From assembly GCA_937901185.1 (NCBI GenBank), contig CALCHR010000108.1, positions 1 to 58,976 of the forward strand: 58,976 bases of DNA. Reading direction: 5' to 3'. A program made the position numbers and the translations under genes. This document shows positions 8,587-18,827 of the stretch, piece by piece. Positions within the stretch are counted from its first letter, which is position 1; each line of letters starts with the position of its first letter. The notes below the pieces were generated by a model. The model saw nothing but the letters and a program-made list of their open reading frames with translations, was not told where the DNA came from and searched no databases. Source of the stretch: an uncultured Bacteroidales bacterium (GTDB lineage: Bacteria; Bacteroidota; Bacteroidia; Bacteroidales; Bacteroidaceae).

Positions 8587-10305
8587 TCATGCCGTAGGTG
8601 TACAGAAGAAGAGCAGCACCAACTGTGCAACGAGGATACGTAAGAACATAGCCAACGGATATACTGTAGAGTAGCCTACAGCCGGCGTGTCGTTGCCCGC
8701 AGTCTGGTTGGCAAAAGCCAGCGCAGGAGGGTCTGTGTTCGATCCGGCAATGAGACCCATCAGCGTGAAATAGTTGAGCTTCATCTTCAAGCGACCAATC
8801 AATCCGATGATGAGAATGGGGATGGTGGTGATAAGGAAGCCGGTCCACACGTAAGTGAGTCCGTCGCCCTCGGTCACAGTTTTCCAGAACGTAGCGCCTG
8901 CCTGGATGCCGACACTGGCCAAGAAAAGGATGAGGCCCACTTCGCGGAGCATCAGATTGGCCGAGGTGGATGTGTAGGTGTTAATCTTATAGCGATAACC
9001 AAAGGCGCCGATGATGATGGCCACTACCAGCGGACCGCCGGCCAAACCTAATTTCACAGGAATCGCTACGCCGGGGATGGGGATAGGTATCTGACCAAGC
9101 ACAATACCCAGGAAGATACCGAAGAAGATGGCGCCGACGTTGGGATGGTCGAGGTGCTTCAAGTGGGCACCGATGGCGCTCTTGAAGTGCTCAATGTCCT
9201 CTTCTGAACCGGTTACCAGGATGCGGTCGCCCACTTGCAAGCGCAAGTTTCTATCTGCAAAAAGTTCCATGCCGTTACGGGTGAGGCGAGTAACATTGAC
9301 GCCGTAGATGCTGTTGAAGTGTAGCTGTCCGAGGGTCTTACCATTTATCTCCGGACGAGTCACTACCAAGCGGCGAGATACATATTTTGTCTTGTCAAAA
9401 TCATTTTTCCAATCGCGGTCCAAAGCCTCGCCTATCAACACTGAGATTGGTTCAGCGTCGGTCTCAGCGCACACCACGTGAATCTCCATGTCTAACTCTA
9501 GTTTGGTCTTTCCGTTGGGGATGAAGAAATCGCCGTTGTGGATGATGCGGGACACTACGAACTCGCGCTTAAGGAAGGAATGCAGTTCCTCAAGGGTACG
9601 ACCTACTACCACTTTGTTGGTCACTCGGATAACGAGGTGTTTCGGCGTAGCATGGGGGTTACTTTCTTTGTCAAGGCGTATTTGCTCCTGCTCCTTTTCC
9701 AAATTGATGCGGCAGAGGTAGCGCAGCGCTATGGTGGCCAGGATGATGCCGACAACGCCCAATGGATAAGCGCAGGCATAACCGTTGGCGATGGCGGGCA
9801 CTTCTCCGTCTCCGAAGATAGTGGGCAGCACGCCGTTGGCGGCTCCGAGACCGGGCGTATTGGTTACGGCGCCGTACATTACGCCGACCATCATCGGCAA
9901 GTTGTTGGGGTTGCTGGTGTCAAAGCAGAGGAAATAGAGCCCCAGCATTACCAGCACGTTGAGCAGCACAAGGCCCACTGTCAAGAGGTTCATTCCGAGA
10001 CCGCCTTGCTTGAAGGTGGCGAAGAAACTGGGACCTACTTGCAAGCCGATGCAGTAGACAAAGAGAATCAAACCTAGTTCTTTCACCAGGTCGATGATGG
10101 GCTTTTGGGCTACGTGGTCTATGCCAAACTGGGTAAAGATGTGGCCGGCCACGATGCCTGCAAACAATACGAAGGTAACACCTAGTGCTACTCCGCCAAA
10201 CTTGATGCGGCCCAACTTCACACCGAGGCTGATCACTACAGCGTAGAGAATCATGATGTGGGCTATGGAAGCCGGGTCCTTGAGAATATTAAAAAACCAC
10301 TCCAT
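8587..10305 (-). CDS. AspT/YidE/YbjL family putative antiporter with two TrkA-C domains
   Basis: 'GLQVGPSFF', 'GAVTNTPGLGAA', 'GLAGGPL', 'TDPPALAFA', 'YSTVYP'. Start moved to ATG 10305 (MEWF). Confidence 0.88.
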   Translation of the reverse strand: MEWFFNILKDPASIAHIMILYAVVISLGVKLGRIKFGGVALGVTFVLFAGIVAGHIFTQFGIDHVAQKPIIDLVKELGLILFVYCIGLQVGPSFFATFKQGGLGMNLLTVGLVLLNVLVMLGLYFLCFDTSNPNNLPMMVGVMYGAVTNTPGLGAANGVLPTIFGDGEVPAIANGYACAYPLGVVGIILATIALRYLCRINLEKEQEQIRLDKESNPHATPKHLVIRVTNKVVVGRTLEELHSFLKREFVVSRIIHNGDFFIPNGKTKLELDMEIHVVCAETDAEPISVLIGEALDRDWKNDFDKTKYVSRRLVVTRPEINGKTLGQLHFNSIYGVNVTRLTRNGMELFADRNLRLQVGDRILVTGSEEDIEHFKSAIGAHLKHLDHPNVGAIFFGIFLGIVLGQIPIPIPGVAIPVKLGLAGGPLVVAIIIGAFGYRYKINTYTSTSANLMLREVGLILFLASVGIQAGATFWKTVTEGDGLTYVWTGFLITTIPILIIGLIGRLKMKLNYFTLMGLIAGSNTDPPALAFANQTAGNDTPAVGYSTVYPLAMFLRILVAQLVLLFFCTPTA

Positions 10306-10349
10306 ATATAATATAATGTGTATGTTAGAGGCAATAGTTTTTTCAGGTG

Positions 10350-10357
10350 CAAAATTA
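10350..10357 (-). promoter_or_regulatory. -7 promoter element (TAATTTTG)
   Basis: Exact TAnnTTTG, about 45 nt upstream of the transporter ATG. Confidence 0.55.
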
Positions 10358-10465
10358 CGGATAATATTACGGACCACAAAAATATAGGCTCAAAGTTTTT
10401 CCGATGTGGCTCAGAGGATTGGATTAAAAAGTTTGGTATTTCTTTGTATACTTATTTATAATCCC

Positions 10466-10473
10466 TATATTTG
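10466..10473 (+). promoter_or_regulatory. -7 promoter element (TATATTTG)
   Basis: Exact TAnnTTTG with TTTG at 10443-10446, which is a 19-nt spacer. Confidence 0.65.
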
Positions 10474-10541
10474 TGGTGTGAATTGTTTTCCCAATCTCTG
10501 AAAATAGGAGAGGGGACATTATTAACTTAATTCTTTATATT

Positions 10542-11117
10542 ATGAAATTAAGAAGTTTATTAGTTGCCGCTTTTATGATGTGCGGTGTGATGGCTGCTTC
10601 GGCACAGGTAGAACAAGGTTTCCGTTGGGGTGCTACGTTTGGTATGAATGTGAGCACCATCTCTAAGTCAGATATGTACTCAAAGGTTGGTTTCAATGCA
10701 GGAATTCGCGGAGAGTATAACTTCACAGAAGATATGTACTTGGGTGTTGGTTTGGGTTATAGCCACAAAGGTGTTAAGGATAATGATTTAAAGGCTACAG
10801 CAGGATATGTTGAGATCCCTGTTCACTTTGGTTATCGCATGGGCCTTACAGATAAGATTTCTGCCTTTGGTGAGTTTGGTCCTTACTTCGGTATTGGTGT
10901 GGCTGGTAAATGGAAGTTTGATGGTGAAGAACTTGCTGACTTCTTTGGCGATGATGAGGCTAGGCGTTTCGATATGGGTCTTGGCCTCCGTGCCGGTGTC
11001 GAGTTCATGCAGAAATATCAAGTGCACATCGGTTACGACTTTGGCTTAATGAAACTCTACCCGGAAGATAAAAACCGCAATGGTAACTTCACGCTTGGTG
11101 TGTCTTACATGTTCTAA
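10542..11117 (+). CDS. Outer-membrane beta-barrel (porin family) protein
   Basis: Signal peptide (ASAQ), alternating beta-strands, 'YVEIPV', 'GPYFGIG', terminal Phe. Confidence 0.85.
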   Translation: MKLRSLLVAAFMMCGVMAASAQVEQGFRWGATFGMNVSTISKSDMYSKVGFNAGIRGEYNFTEDMYLGVGLGYSHKGVKDNDLKATAGYVEIPVHFGYRMGLTDKISAFGEFGPYFGIGVAGKWKFDGEELADFFGDDEARRFDMGLGLRAGVEFMQKYQVHIGYDFGLMKLYPEDKNRNGNFTLGVSYMF

Positions 11118-11140
11118 ATCTATAATCAATACAATATACA

Positions 11141-11168
11141 GGCGGGTGGCAAGAAATTGCCATCCGCT
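11141..11168 (+). terminator. Intrinsic terminator
   Basis: GGCGGGTGGCAA-gaaa-TTGCCATCCGCT followed by TTTGTTTT. Confidence 0.75.
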
Positions 11169-11312
11169 TTTGTTTTCAAGCAACATGTGTGGAAGAAATT
11201 CCAGGATTAACATTTATTTCGGGTTGGCATGGCGGCTGTTTCTTTTGTTTTTACTTATTTTGCAGAGACAAACAGATGGGCTCTTCGTAGCCTTATATAA
11301 ATATATGTATAT

Positions 11313-11960
11313 ATGAAGAAACTAATATTCCTATTTCTGCTCTTGCTCGCAGTAGTTCCGCAGATGATGGCGCAGCAGCAGAAAGAAGACAAGCGCAGCA
11401 AGACCATATTTGTCTATCCCGAGTTTAAGGATGCCAAGGTGCTCCAGCCTTTTGGGCGCTATGTAAAGGCCAAAGCCAATATCCTTTACAAGAATGCGGC
11501 ACTCTGCTTTATACAAGACGGCAAAGTGTTGCAGGCCTACACCAAAAATCTGCTCGGCGTGGAGTTCGACTCTGTGAAATACATGAAGGTGGACAGCATG
11601 ATGGGGCGCGTGGTGGCATCGAAGGACTACAACTTCTTGGTCTGCGTGACCACCATCGACCGCAAGCGCTATGAAGACGAAACCTGGGGTGGCGACCGCT
11701 TGCCTTACTTTCAGATTCAAGACCTGGGCTTGTTCCTTGAATTGGACAGCGACAAGCACGGCGACGCCAAAGGCTATCCCTTGAAGGATAAATATTACTT
11801 CATCGTGAAGGGTACTGTGGTGCCGGCCGTTGAAAGTAAGTTTAAGAAAGTGGTGCGCCCTGATATGAAACAGGCCTTCAAGAGTTTGATGGCCGACCGT
11901 TGGTGGAGCTGGACGGACGAGGCTTCGTTGCGACAATTGCTGGAATATCTGCCGAAATAA
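11313..11960 (+). CDS. Hypothetical exported protein
   Basis: 215-aa ORF with Sec signal peptide (MKKLIFLFLLLLAVVPQMMA). No motif recognised. Confidence 0.75.
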   Translation: MKKLIFLFLLLLAVVPQMMAQQQKEDKRSKTIFVYPEFKDAKVLQPFGRYVKAKANILYKNAALCFIQDGKVLQAYTKNLLGVEFDSVKYMKVDSMMGRVVASKDYNFLVCVTTIDRKRYEDETWGGDRLPYFQIQDLGLFLELDSDKHGDAKGYPLKDKYYFIVKGTVVPAVESKFKKVVRPDMKQAFKSLMADRWWSWTDEASLRQLLEYLPK

Positions 11961-12015
11961 GGTGGGGCAGAGTGCTTGGGAGAAGGCATGGATGCCTTCT
12001 TCGGCGGCGCAAAGT

Positions 12016-12106
12016 TTTTGTAACGCGGCTCGTTACAAGTAGTAACATGGCTCGTTACACTTCGTAACATGGGATGTTACAACTCGTAACATGGCTTGTT
12101 ACAAAA
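12016..12106. repeat. Family B 22-nt-period array, GTAAC-N7-GTTAC-N5 x4
   Basis: GTAAC at 12020, 12042, 12064, 12086; GTTAC at 12032, 12054, 12076, 12098. Bounded by TTTTGTAAC and GTTACAAAA. Confidence 0.92.
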
Positions 12107-12196
12107 TCCAATGGCCGACTTTTTCTTCATAACAAGCTTCTAATGGGCTTGTGCAGGTGCAGCGGCAGCTTAGACTCTTTTTCTTAAACAATATAC

Positions 12197-12231
12197 AATT
12201 AGCGAGAAGTCTTGGGGGCTTCTCGCTAATT
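12197..12231. terminator. Intrinsic terminator hairpin between convergent genes
   Basis: AATTAGCGAGAAG-loop-CTTCTCGCTAATT. Confidence 0.7.
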
Positions 12232-12262
12232 CTGTTTTTGGCACAAGGCTTTTCTTCGGCGC

Positions 12263-12335
12263 CTTCTAGGAAAAACTCGGAGGCTCGCAGTTTTTCCTAG
12301 GTCTTACCTGGTTTTTCCTGCGAGCCTCCGAAGAA
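12263..12335. repeat. Family A element with REP-like hairpin arms
   Basis: Units TTCCT-AGGTCTTAC-CTGGTTT (12294) and TTCCT-GCGAGCCTC-CGAAGAA (12315); arms CGGAGGCTCGCAG and CTGCGAGCCTCCG. 12263-12282 is the exact reverse complement of 57516-57535. Confidence 0.85.
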
Positions 12336-12369
12336 TTTATAGCCTCCGTGGCTTTAAGAATGATAAAGC

Positions 12370-14997
12370 TTAAAGTCCGGCCAGTTCTATTACTTTTTCT
12401 ACTGCGGCTTCAAGGCCATCTACGTTCTTTCCGCCGGCTGTTGCAAAGTGAGGTGCACCTCCTCCGCCGCCTTGGATGAGCTTGGCAGCTTCGCGTACGA
12501 AGTTTCCGGCGTGCCATCCGCGTTCGTCGATGAGATTCTTGCTGAGCATCACAGTGAGCAAGGGTTTACCGTCGAAGCTGCTACCTATTACGCAGAGCAT
12601 GTTTTGGGGCAAGGCACCGCCGATTTGGAAAGCCAAATCTTTGACTGCTTCGGGGCGGATAGGCATGGGCACCACGTAGTGAATAACCTTCACTCCATCC
12701 TTCTCAACAGCGGCTGCTACCATGCGCTCGCGCAATGCAGCCACGCGCTCCTTCATGAAGTTGTCAACTTGCTTTTGCAGGTCGGAGTTCTCCTCGATGT
12801 TCTTCTTGATGGCAGCGGTGAGGTCCTTGGCGTTGTTGAAGAAGGCTTTCAGTCCGCGCAATACGTCTTCCTCTGCATAGATGCTCTCTTCAGCAGCACG
12901 GCCGGTGATAGCTTCGATGCGGCGAACGCCGGCAGCCACACTGCTTTCGCTCATGATGCGGATGAGGCCGATGCAGCCTGTGCTCTTGGCGTGGCAACCA
13001 CCGCAGAACTCTACGCTGTTGCCAAATTGTACCACGCGAACGCGGTCACCATATTTCTCGCCGAAGAGGGCGATGGCTCCGAGCTTTTTGGCTTCTTCAA
13101 TGGGCAAGTCGCGGTGGTCCTGCATGGAGATGTTCTCGCGGATGCGCTCATTGACGATGCGCTGCACTTGGCGCAACTCCTCGTCGGTCACTTTCTGGAA
13201 GTGAGAGAAGTCGAAGCGGAGCGACTCGGGAGTAACGAGCGAGCCCTTCTGCTCTACGTGGGTGCCAAGAACCTCGCGCAACGCCTGGTCAAGCAAGTGA
13301 GTAGCGGTATGGTTGGCCTCGCAAGCACGGCGAGCGTCTGTATCTACGCAGGCCATGAATTCGGCTTGCGGATTTTGGGGGAGCGTTTTGGTTAAGTGGA
13401 TGGGGAGGTTGTTCTCGCGCTTGGTGTCGAAGATTTCGATGGTCTCTTCTTCGTTGCAAAGCACGCCCTTGTCGCCTACTTGACCACCCATCTCGGCATA
13501 GAAGGGAGTGGTGTCGAGCACCAATTCGTAGTAGGTTTGCTTCTTCTGTTGTACGCGGCGGTAGCGCAGGATGCGGCAAGAATGCTCTGTGAAGTCCCAG
13601 CCCTTAAATTCGGTTTCGCCTTCAGCCAACACTACCCAGTCGTCAGTCTCAACGGCGGCAGCGTTGCGGGCGCGGTCTTTTTGCTTCTGCATCTCGGCAT
13701 TGAATACGGCCTCGTCTACAGTCAATCCCTGCTCGCTGCAAATGAGTTGAGTAAGGTCGAGAGGGAATCCGTAAGTATCGAAGAGCGTGAAGGCCTTCTC
13801 GCCGTCTAGCATCGTCTTACCGGCTTTTTTGGTTTCGGCAATGACATTCTCCAAGAGATTGATTCCCGTGGCCAAAGTGCGAAGGAAGGATTCTTCTTCC
13901 TCTTCCATCACGCGGCTGATGAGTGTTTGTTGTGCGGGCAACTCAGGGTAGGCTCCGCCCATCTCGGCAACGAGGGTGGGGAGCAACTTATACATGAAAG
14001 CTTCACGCTGGCCGAGGAAAGTGTAAGCGTAGCGTACGGCGCGGCGCAAGATGCGGCGAATCACGTAGCCGGCTTTTGCGTTAGAGGGCAATTGGCCGTC
14101 GGCGATAGAGAAAGAAATGGCACGCAAGTGGTCGGCGATAACACGCATGGCGATGTCCACATCTTCATTCTTGCCATATTCGAACCCGCTGAGCTCGCCA
14201 ATCTTTTTGATGATGGGCTGGAATACGTCGGTGTCGTAGTTGGAGTTTTTGCCCTGCAACACACGAACCAAGCGCTCAAAGCCCATACCGGTGTCGATAA
14301 CCTTGGCGGGGAGCGATTCCAAAGAACCATCGGCCTTGCGGTTGTATTGCATGAACACAAGGTTCCAAATCTCAATCACCTGAGGATTGTCTTTGTTCAC
14401 AAGCGAAGCACCTGGCACGGCGGCCTTTTCTTCTTCACTGCGACCATCTATGTGAATCTCAGAACAAGGACCGCAGGGACCTGTATCGCCCATCTCCCAG
14501 AAATTGTCCTTCTTGTTGCCGTTGATAATGTGGTCGGCAGGGAAGTATTGAGCCCAGATTTCTGCAGCTTCATCATCGCGGCTGATGCCATCCTCGGCAG
14601 AGCCTTCGAAGACCGTAACGTAGAGATCTTTGGGGTCGATTTTCAAAACGTCGACCAAGTATTGGTAAGCCCAGGTGATGGCTTCCTTCTTGAAGTAGTC
14701 GCCAAAACTCCAGTTGCCCAACATCTCAAACATGGTGTGGTGGTATGTATCGCGGCCCACCTCTTCAAGGTCGTTGTGCTTACCGCTTACGCGCAGACAC
14801 TTTTGAGAGTCTGCCTGTCGGCGGCTTTTGGGTTCGCGGTTGCCCAGTATGATGTCCTTGAATTGGTTCATACCGGCATTGGTAAACATCAAAGTGGGGT
14901 CGTCCTTAATGACCATGGGAGCAGAAGGCACAATGAGGTGACCCTGCTGTTCAAAGAATCGTTTGTACGATTCGCGTATTTCATTGGCTGTCATCAT
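12370..14997 (-). CDS. alaS: Alanine--tRNA ligase
   Basis: '[12 protein letters not shown]', '[18 protein letters not shown]', editing domain HTATH...CGGCH, C-terminal GGGG. Confidence 0.99.
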   Translation of the reverse strand: MMTANEIRESYKRFFEQQGHLIVPSAPMVIKDDPTLMFTNAGMNQFKDIILGNREPKSRRQADSQKCLRVSGKHNDLEEVGRDTYHHTMFEMLGNWSFGDYFKKEAITWAYQYLVDVLKIDPKDLYVTVFEGSAEDGISRDDEAAEIWAQYFPADHIINGNKKDNFWEMGDTGPCGPCSEIHIDGRSEEEKAAVPGASLVNKDNPQVIEIWNLVFMQYNRKADGSLESLPAKVIDTGMGFERLVRVLQGKNSNYDTDVFQPIIKKIGELSGFEYGKNEDVDIAMRVIADHLRAISFSIADGQLPSNAKAGYVIRRILRRAVRYAYTFLGQREAFMYKLLPTLVAEMGGAYPELPAQQTLISRVMEEEEESFLRTLATGINLLENVIAETKKAGKTMLDGEKAFTLFDTYGFPLDLTQLICSEQGLTVDEAVFNAEMQKQKDRARNAAAVETDDWVVLAEGETEFKGWDFTEHSCRILRYRRVQQKKQTYYELVLDTTPFYAEMGGQVGDKGVLCNEEETIEIFDTKRENNLPIHLTKTLPQNPQAEFMACVDTDARRACEANHTATHLLDQALREVLGTHVEQKGSLVTPESLRFDFSHFQKVTDEELRQVQRIVNERIRENISMQDHRDLPIEEAKKLGAIALFGEKYGDRVRVVQFGNSVEFCGGCHAKSTGCIGLIRIMSESSVAAGVRRIEAITGRAAEESIYAEEDVLRGLKAFFNNAKDLTAAIKKNIEENSDLQKQVDNFMKERVAALRERMVAAAVEKDGVKVIHYVVPMPIRPEAVKDLAFQIGGALPQNMLCVIGSSFDGKPLLTVMLSKNLIDERGWHAGNFVREAAKLIQGGGGGAPHFATAGGKNVDGLEAAVEKVIELAGL

Positions 14998-15179
14998 ATA
15001 TTATATTATGTGTAATTTGGGTGCGAAGTTACAATAAGGGTAGGACAAGGCAAAATATAAAGGCGGAATTTTTATGCAGATGTTGCTTGGGACGGCTCAG
15101 GATAAATATCTGTATAGTTTTCTCTGTATGAAAATCTAAAAAATATACAGCTTTGTTATAGGAATAGAAAAAAATCTTC

Positions 15180-15187
15180 TATATTTG
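15180..15187 (+). promoter_or_regulatory. -7 promoter element (TATATTTG) for the orphan susC-susD pair
   Basis: Exact TAnnTTTG about 170 nt upstream of the susC ATG. Confidence 0.55.
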
Positions 15188-15356
15188 CGCTGTGAATTAT
15201 ACCAGAAATACCGCTTGGGAGCATTGTGTTTGTATCCCTGCGGCCTTTGTTGCGTAGATAGAATCTTATAAATCAATAGAATAAACCCCGCAGAGAGATT
15301 AAAGGAAGCCAATCTCTCAAAGACGGTAACCCGGCTTCTCTTAAAACTAATACCAA

Positions 15357-18300
15357 ATGAGATTAGAATCCATTAAGCAAGTTGGTATGTCCCTATTGGC
15401 TGCAACGCTCATTGGCGTTCCCCTTTCGGCGATACCTATGACAGCGCACGCCGAAACTATGGCAGTGCAGCAGAGTGGAGTTGTAAAAGGCGTAGTGAAA
15501 TCCGAGACCGGAGAGTTACTCATTGGCGCCGTCGTGTATGTGGTTGGCACACAAATCAATGCCACTACAGATGTGGATGGTACTTTTACCCTGAAGGGTG
15601 TAAAGAACGGAGCCACAGTTCGAGTGCAGCTCGTAGGCTATGAAAAGCAAGACATCAAATGGACCGGTGGTGCGCTTGATGTGACACTTAAAGAAATGGC
15701 CAATACATTTAATGAAGCCGTGGTAACAGCTATGGGTATTGTGCGTAAAGAAAAATCGCTTACCTATGCTACACAGCAAATCAAGGCAGACGAACTTATG
15801 AAGGTTCAGGATGCCAACCTTGTAAACTCCATGGAAGGTAAAATCTCCGGTGTAACCATTACTCCGTCTGCTGGTGGTGCCGGTGGTGCTTCTAAGATTG
15901 TACTCCGTGGTAACAAGTCTATCTTGGGTAACAACCAGCCGCTTATCGTAGTGGACGGTATTCCTATGACTAACAACACTCGTGGACAGATTGGTGATGC
16001 TTCTAATATTACTTACTCATCAGCATCTGAGGGTTCTGACCCCTTGTCTATGATCAACCCGGACGACATTGAGTCTATGAACGTATTGAAGGGTGCGAAT
16101 GCCGCAGCTCTCTATGGTTCAGCCGCAGCCAATGGTGTGATTATGATTACCACCAAGAAAGGTAAGGAAGGTAAGATTGGTGTTACGTTCAATTCTAACG
16201 TAACTTTCGACTCTCCGCTCCTCACTCCCGAACTTCAGAACCGCTATGGTGGTGTGCGTACTAACGCTCTCGGTAATAGAGTCTTTGCTTCAGATAGCTG
16301 GGGTGCAAAGTTGGATGGAAAAGGCAAGTACACACTTGACGTAGCTCTTTCTGATCAGCAATTTAAGGATGGTTCTGTCAATACGCTCCGCTTACGCAAT
16401 TATGCAGCAGATGATATTGCAGATTTCTATAGAACCGGTGTTAATACCAACAACTCAGTATCAGTGTCTGGTGGTACAGAAAAAGTTCAGTCATACGTGT
16501 CATTCTCTAACGCCCACTCTTTGGGTATGATAGAGGCGAACAACTATAATCGTAACACGTTTGCCTTCCGTCAGAGTTACCACTTGTGGGACCGCGTACA
16601 CATTGATGTAAGCGCCGACTATTTGCAGACTAAGACTAACAACCGTGTGTCAGGTGGTTCCGTTGGTAACCCCGTCTACGATCTCTACACAATGCCTCGT
16701 GATGTAGATTTGGCCTATTATAAGGATAACTATGTAGCCAATGGTACTTGGATGTCTAGTGGTTACAACTATAACGATTCGGGGGAAAAGGTAGGAGGTG
16801 ACAGATATTATGAAGCAAATCCTACAACCGGTGAGTATAGACAGGTCTATGGCCGTGCTGAATTGACTGGTCCGATGCAACAGTGGGTATACCAAGATGC
16901 TATGCGTAATAACCCCTATTGGTTGGCTAAGCAAAACAGAAGCACTCAGCGTGAAGACCGTTTCTCTGCTAAGTTCCAAGGCCGTGTAGATATATTCGAC
17001 GGTTTGGCATTCCAAGCACGTGTTTCAATTGATCATACCAAGTTCAATGAAGAAAGTCGTCGCTATGCTACCACTTGGGGACCTTCAGATATGTATCGCT
17101 ATGGTACTTATAGCCTTGGTGATAGCCGTACCAACGAAATCTATACCGACTACTTGTTAAGCTACAATAAAACTTTCAAAGATGACTGGAGCGTATCAGC
17201 TACAGCAGGTTGGGTAGGCCACACTATCACCGGCCAAAGCCATAATACTTATTTAGGTAGTGCTACAATACCTATTTGGCAAAATGATATGAAAACTGGT
17301 ATCTCTTCTATTGTCAACTACTTCTCTCCTGATGCTGGTGCTAATGCTAACACTACTAAGGGTAAGAGCAGTAACTGGGATAAGGCAGCTTTGTTCACCG
17401 CTCAGTTAGGCTGGAAGGATATGATTTACATCGATGGTTCTTATCGCCGCGACTGGTATCGTGCCTTCAAGCAATTTGAATATCTGGGCGTAGATGACAA
17501 CTATGGCTACTTTGGCTTTGGTGCTAACGCCATTTTGACATCACTCTTCCAACTTCCTGAATGGGTAAGCTATGCTAAGTATCGCATCAGCTATTCTGAA
17601 GTAGGTAACTCTATTCCTAATGCTGTATTCAACGCTGTAAGCGAAAACTTTGTGACAGGATCTGTTACTTCAGGCTCTTACAACTCATTCTTGCCTATCC
17701 CTGAAAAGACAAAATCTTTTGAAACAGGTTTGGAGTCTCAGTTCTTCCACAATGCTTTGAACCTCGACATTACTTACTATAACTCTGCCATGCACAATTC
17801 TTACCTCAATATTTCAGGTTTGAATGGTAAGACTCAACCCGTGAACTCAGGTGTGATTCGCAACCAGGGTGTAGAATTGTCTGTAGGTTACAACTGGACT
17901 ATCAATCGCAACTGGGGATGGAAGACCAATGTAAACTTCTCTTACAACCATAACAAGATTGAAAAGACTTATACTGATAAGTATGGTCAAAGCAAAGAAA
18001 TGGTTCAGGACATTGCTCAAGGTAAGATACAAGTACGCTACAACGAAGGCGACGCTTATGGAGATATCTATGTAACAGACTTTGCTCGTTGGAGAGATGA
18101 TGTGTATGATAACAATGGTCAACTCATTCACAAGGCTGGTGATATCTTCATCGACGAAGGTACCGGTAAGCCTGCAATCAATGGTAACCTGATGGTTATG
18201 AAAAATGGTACCGCTGCGCCTACTAATGTAGATGTAAATGGTAATGCATATAAAAAGAAATTTGGTAAGTATGCCGGCAATATGAATGCAGACTACCAAC

Positions 18301-18812
18301 TCTCTTGGTCAAACAACTTCCGTTACAAGGACTTCAATCTTTACATCTTGATCAATGGTCGTATCGGTGGTAAGGTGATTTCTCTGACTGAAGCTTATCT
18401 TGATCGTTTCGGTGTATCAAAGCGCACTGGCGATGCTCGTGCTAAGTCTGAGAAATTGGGACTCTACACAGCTGATGGCCGTCACGCAATGTACATCAAC
18501 GAAGGCCGCGACCTTGTTTCTGTAGAAGACTACTACACTGCAGTAGGTAGCAGTGATGCTTCTAACTATATCTATAACGGAACCAATTTCCGTGTGCGCG
18601 AAGTATCTTTGGGTTATACCTTCCGCGATCTTCTTGGCGAAGGAAAGAACCTCAGCCTCTCTGTAATCGGACGTAACCTCTTCTTTATCTATAAGGATGC
18701 ACCCGTTGACCCCGATATCTCTGTTTCAACAGCCAATGGTTTGGGCGGTATCGATATGTTCAACGTGCCCTCGTCTCGTTCCTTCGGTGTAAACCTTAAA
18801 CTCAACTTCTAA
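15357..18812 (+). CDS. SusC/RagA family TonB-dependent outer-membrane transporter
   Basis: Signal peptide, carboxypeptidase-regulatory-like N-domain, plug signature 'INPDDIESMNVLKGANAAALYGSAAANGVIMITTKKG', terminal 'RSFGVNLKLNF'. Confidence 0.95.
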   Translation: MRLESIKQVGMSLLAATLIGVPLSAIPMTAHAETMAVQQSGVVKGVVKSETGELLIGAVVYVVGTQINATTDVDGTFTLKGVKNGATVRVQLVGYEKQDIKWTGGALDVTLKEMANTFNEAVVTAMGIVRKEKSLTYATQQIKADELMKVQDANLVNSMEGKISGVTITPSAGGAGGASKIVLRGNKSILGNNQPLIVVDGIPMTNNTRGQIGDASNITYSSASEGSDPLSMINPDDIESMNVLKGANAAALYGSAAANGVIMITTKKGKEGKIGVTFNSNVTFDSPLLTPELQNRYGGVRTNALGNRVFASDSWGAKLDGKGKYTLDVALSDQQFKDGSVNTLRLRNYAADDIADFYRTGVNTNNSVSVSGGTEKVQSYVSFSNAHSLGMIEANNYNRNTFAFRQSYHLWDRVHIDVSADYLQTKTNNRVSGGSVGNPVYDLYTMPRDVDLAYYKDNYVANGTWMSSGYNYNDSGEKVGGDRYYEANPTTGEYRQVYGRAELTGPMQQWVYQDAMRNNPYWLAKQNRSTQREDRFSAKFQGRVDIFDGLAFQARVSIDHTKFNEESRRYATTWGPSDMYRYGTYSLGDSRTNEIYTDYLLSYNKTFKDDWSVSATAGWVGHTITGQSHNTYLGSATIPIWQNDMKTGISSIVNYFSPDAGANANTTKGKSSNWDKAALFTAQLGWKDMIYIDGSYRRDWYRAFKQFEYLGVDDNYGYFGFGANAILTSLFQLPEWVSYAKYRISYSEVGNSIPNAVFNAVSENFVTGSVTSGSYNSFLPIPEKTKSFETGLESQFFHNALNLDITYYNSAMHNSYLNISGLNGKTQPVNSGVIRNQGVELSVGYNWTINRNWGWKTNVNFSYNHNKIEKTYTDKYGQSKEMVQDIAQGKIQVRYNEGDAYGDIYVTDFARWRDDVYDNNGQLIHKAGDIFIDEGTGKPAINGNLMVMKNGTAAPTNVDVNGNAYKKKFGKYAGNMNADYQLSWSNNFRYKDFNLYILINGRIGGKVISLTEAYLDRFGVSKRTGDARAKSEKLGLYTADGRHAMYINEGRDLVSVEDYYTAVGSSDASNYIYNGTNFRVREVSLGYTFRDLLGEGKNLSLSVIGRNLFFIYKDAPVDPDISVSTANGLGGIDMFNVPSSRSFGVNLKLNF

Positions 18813-18827
18813 AAACTACATCCTATT

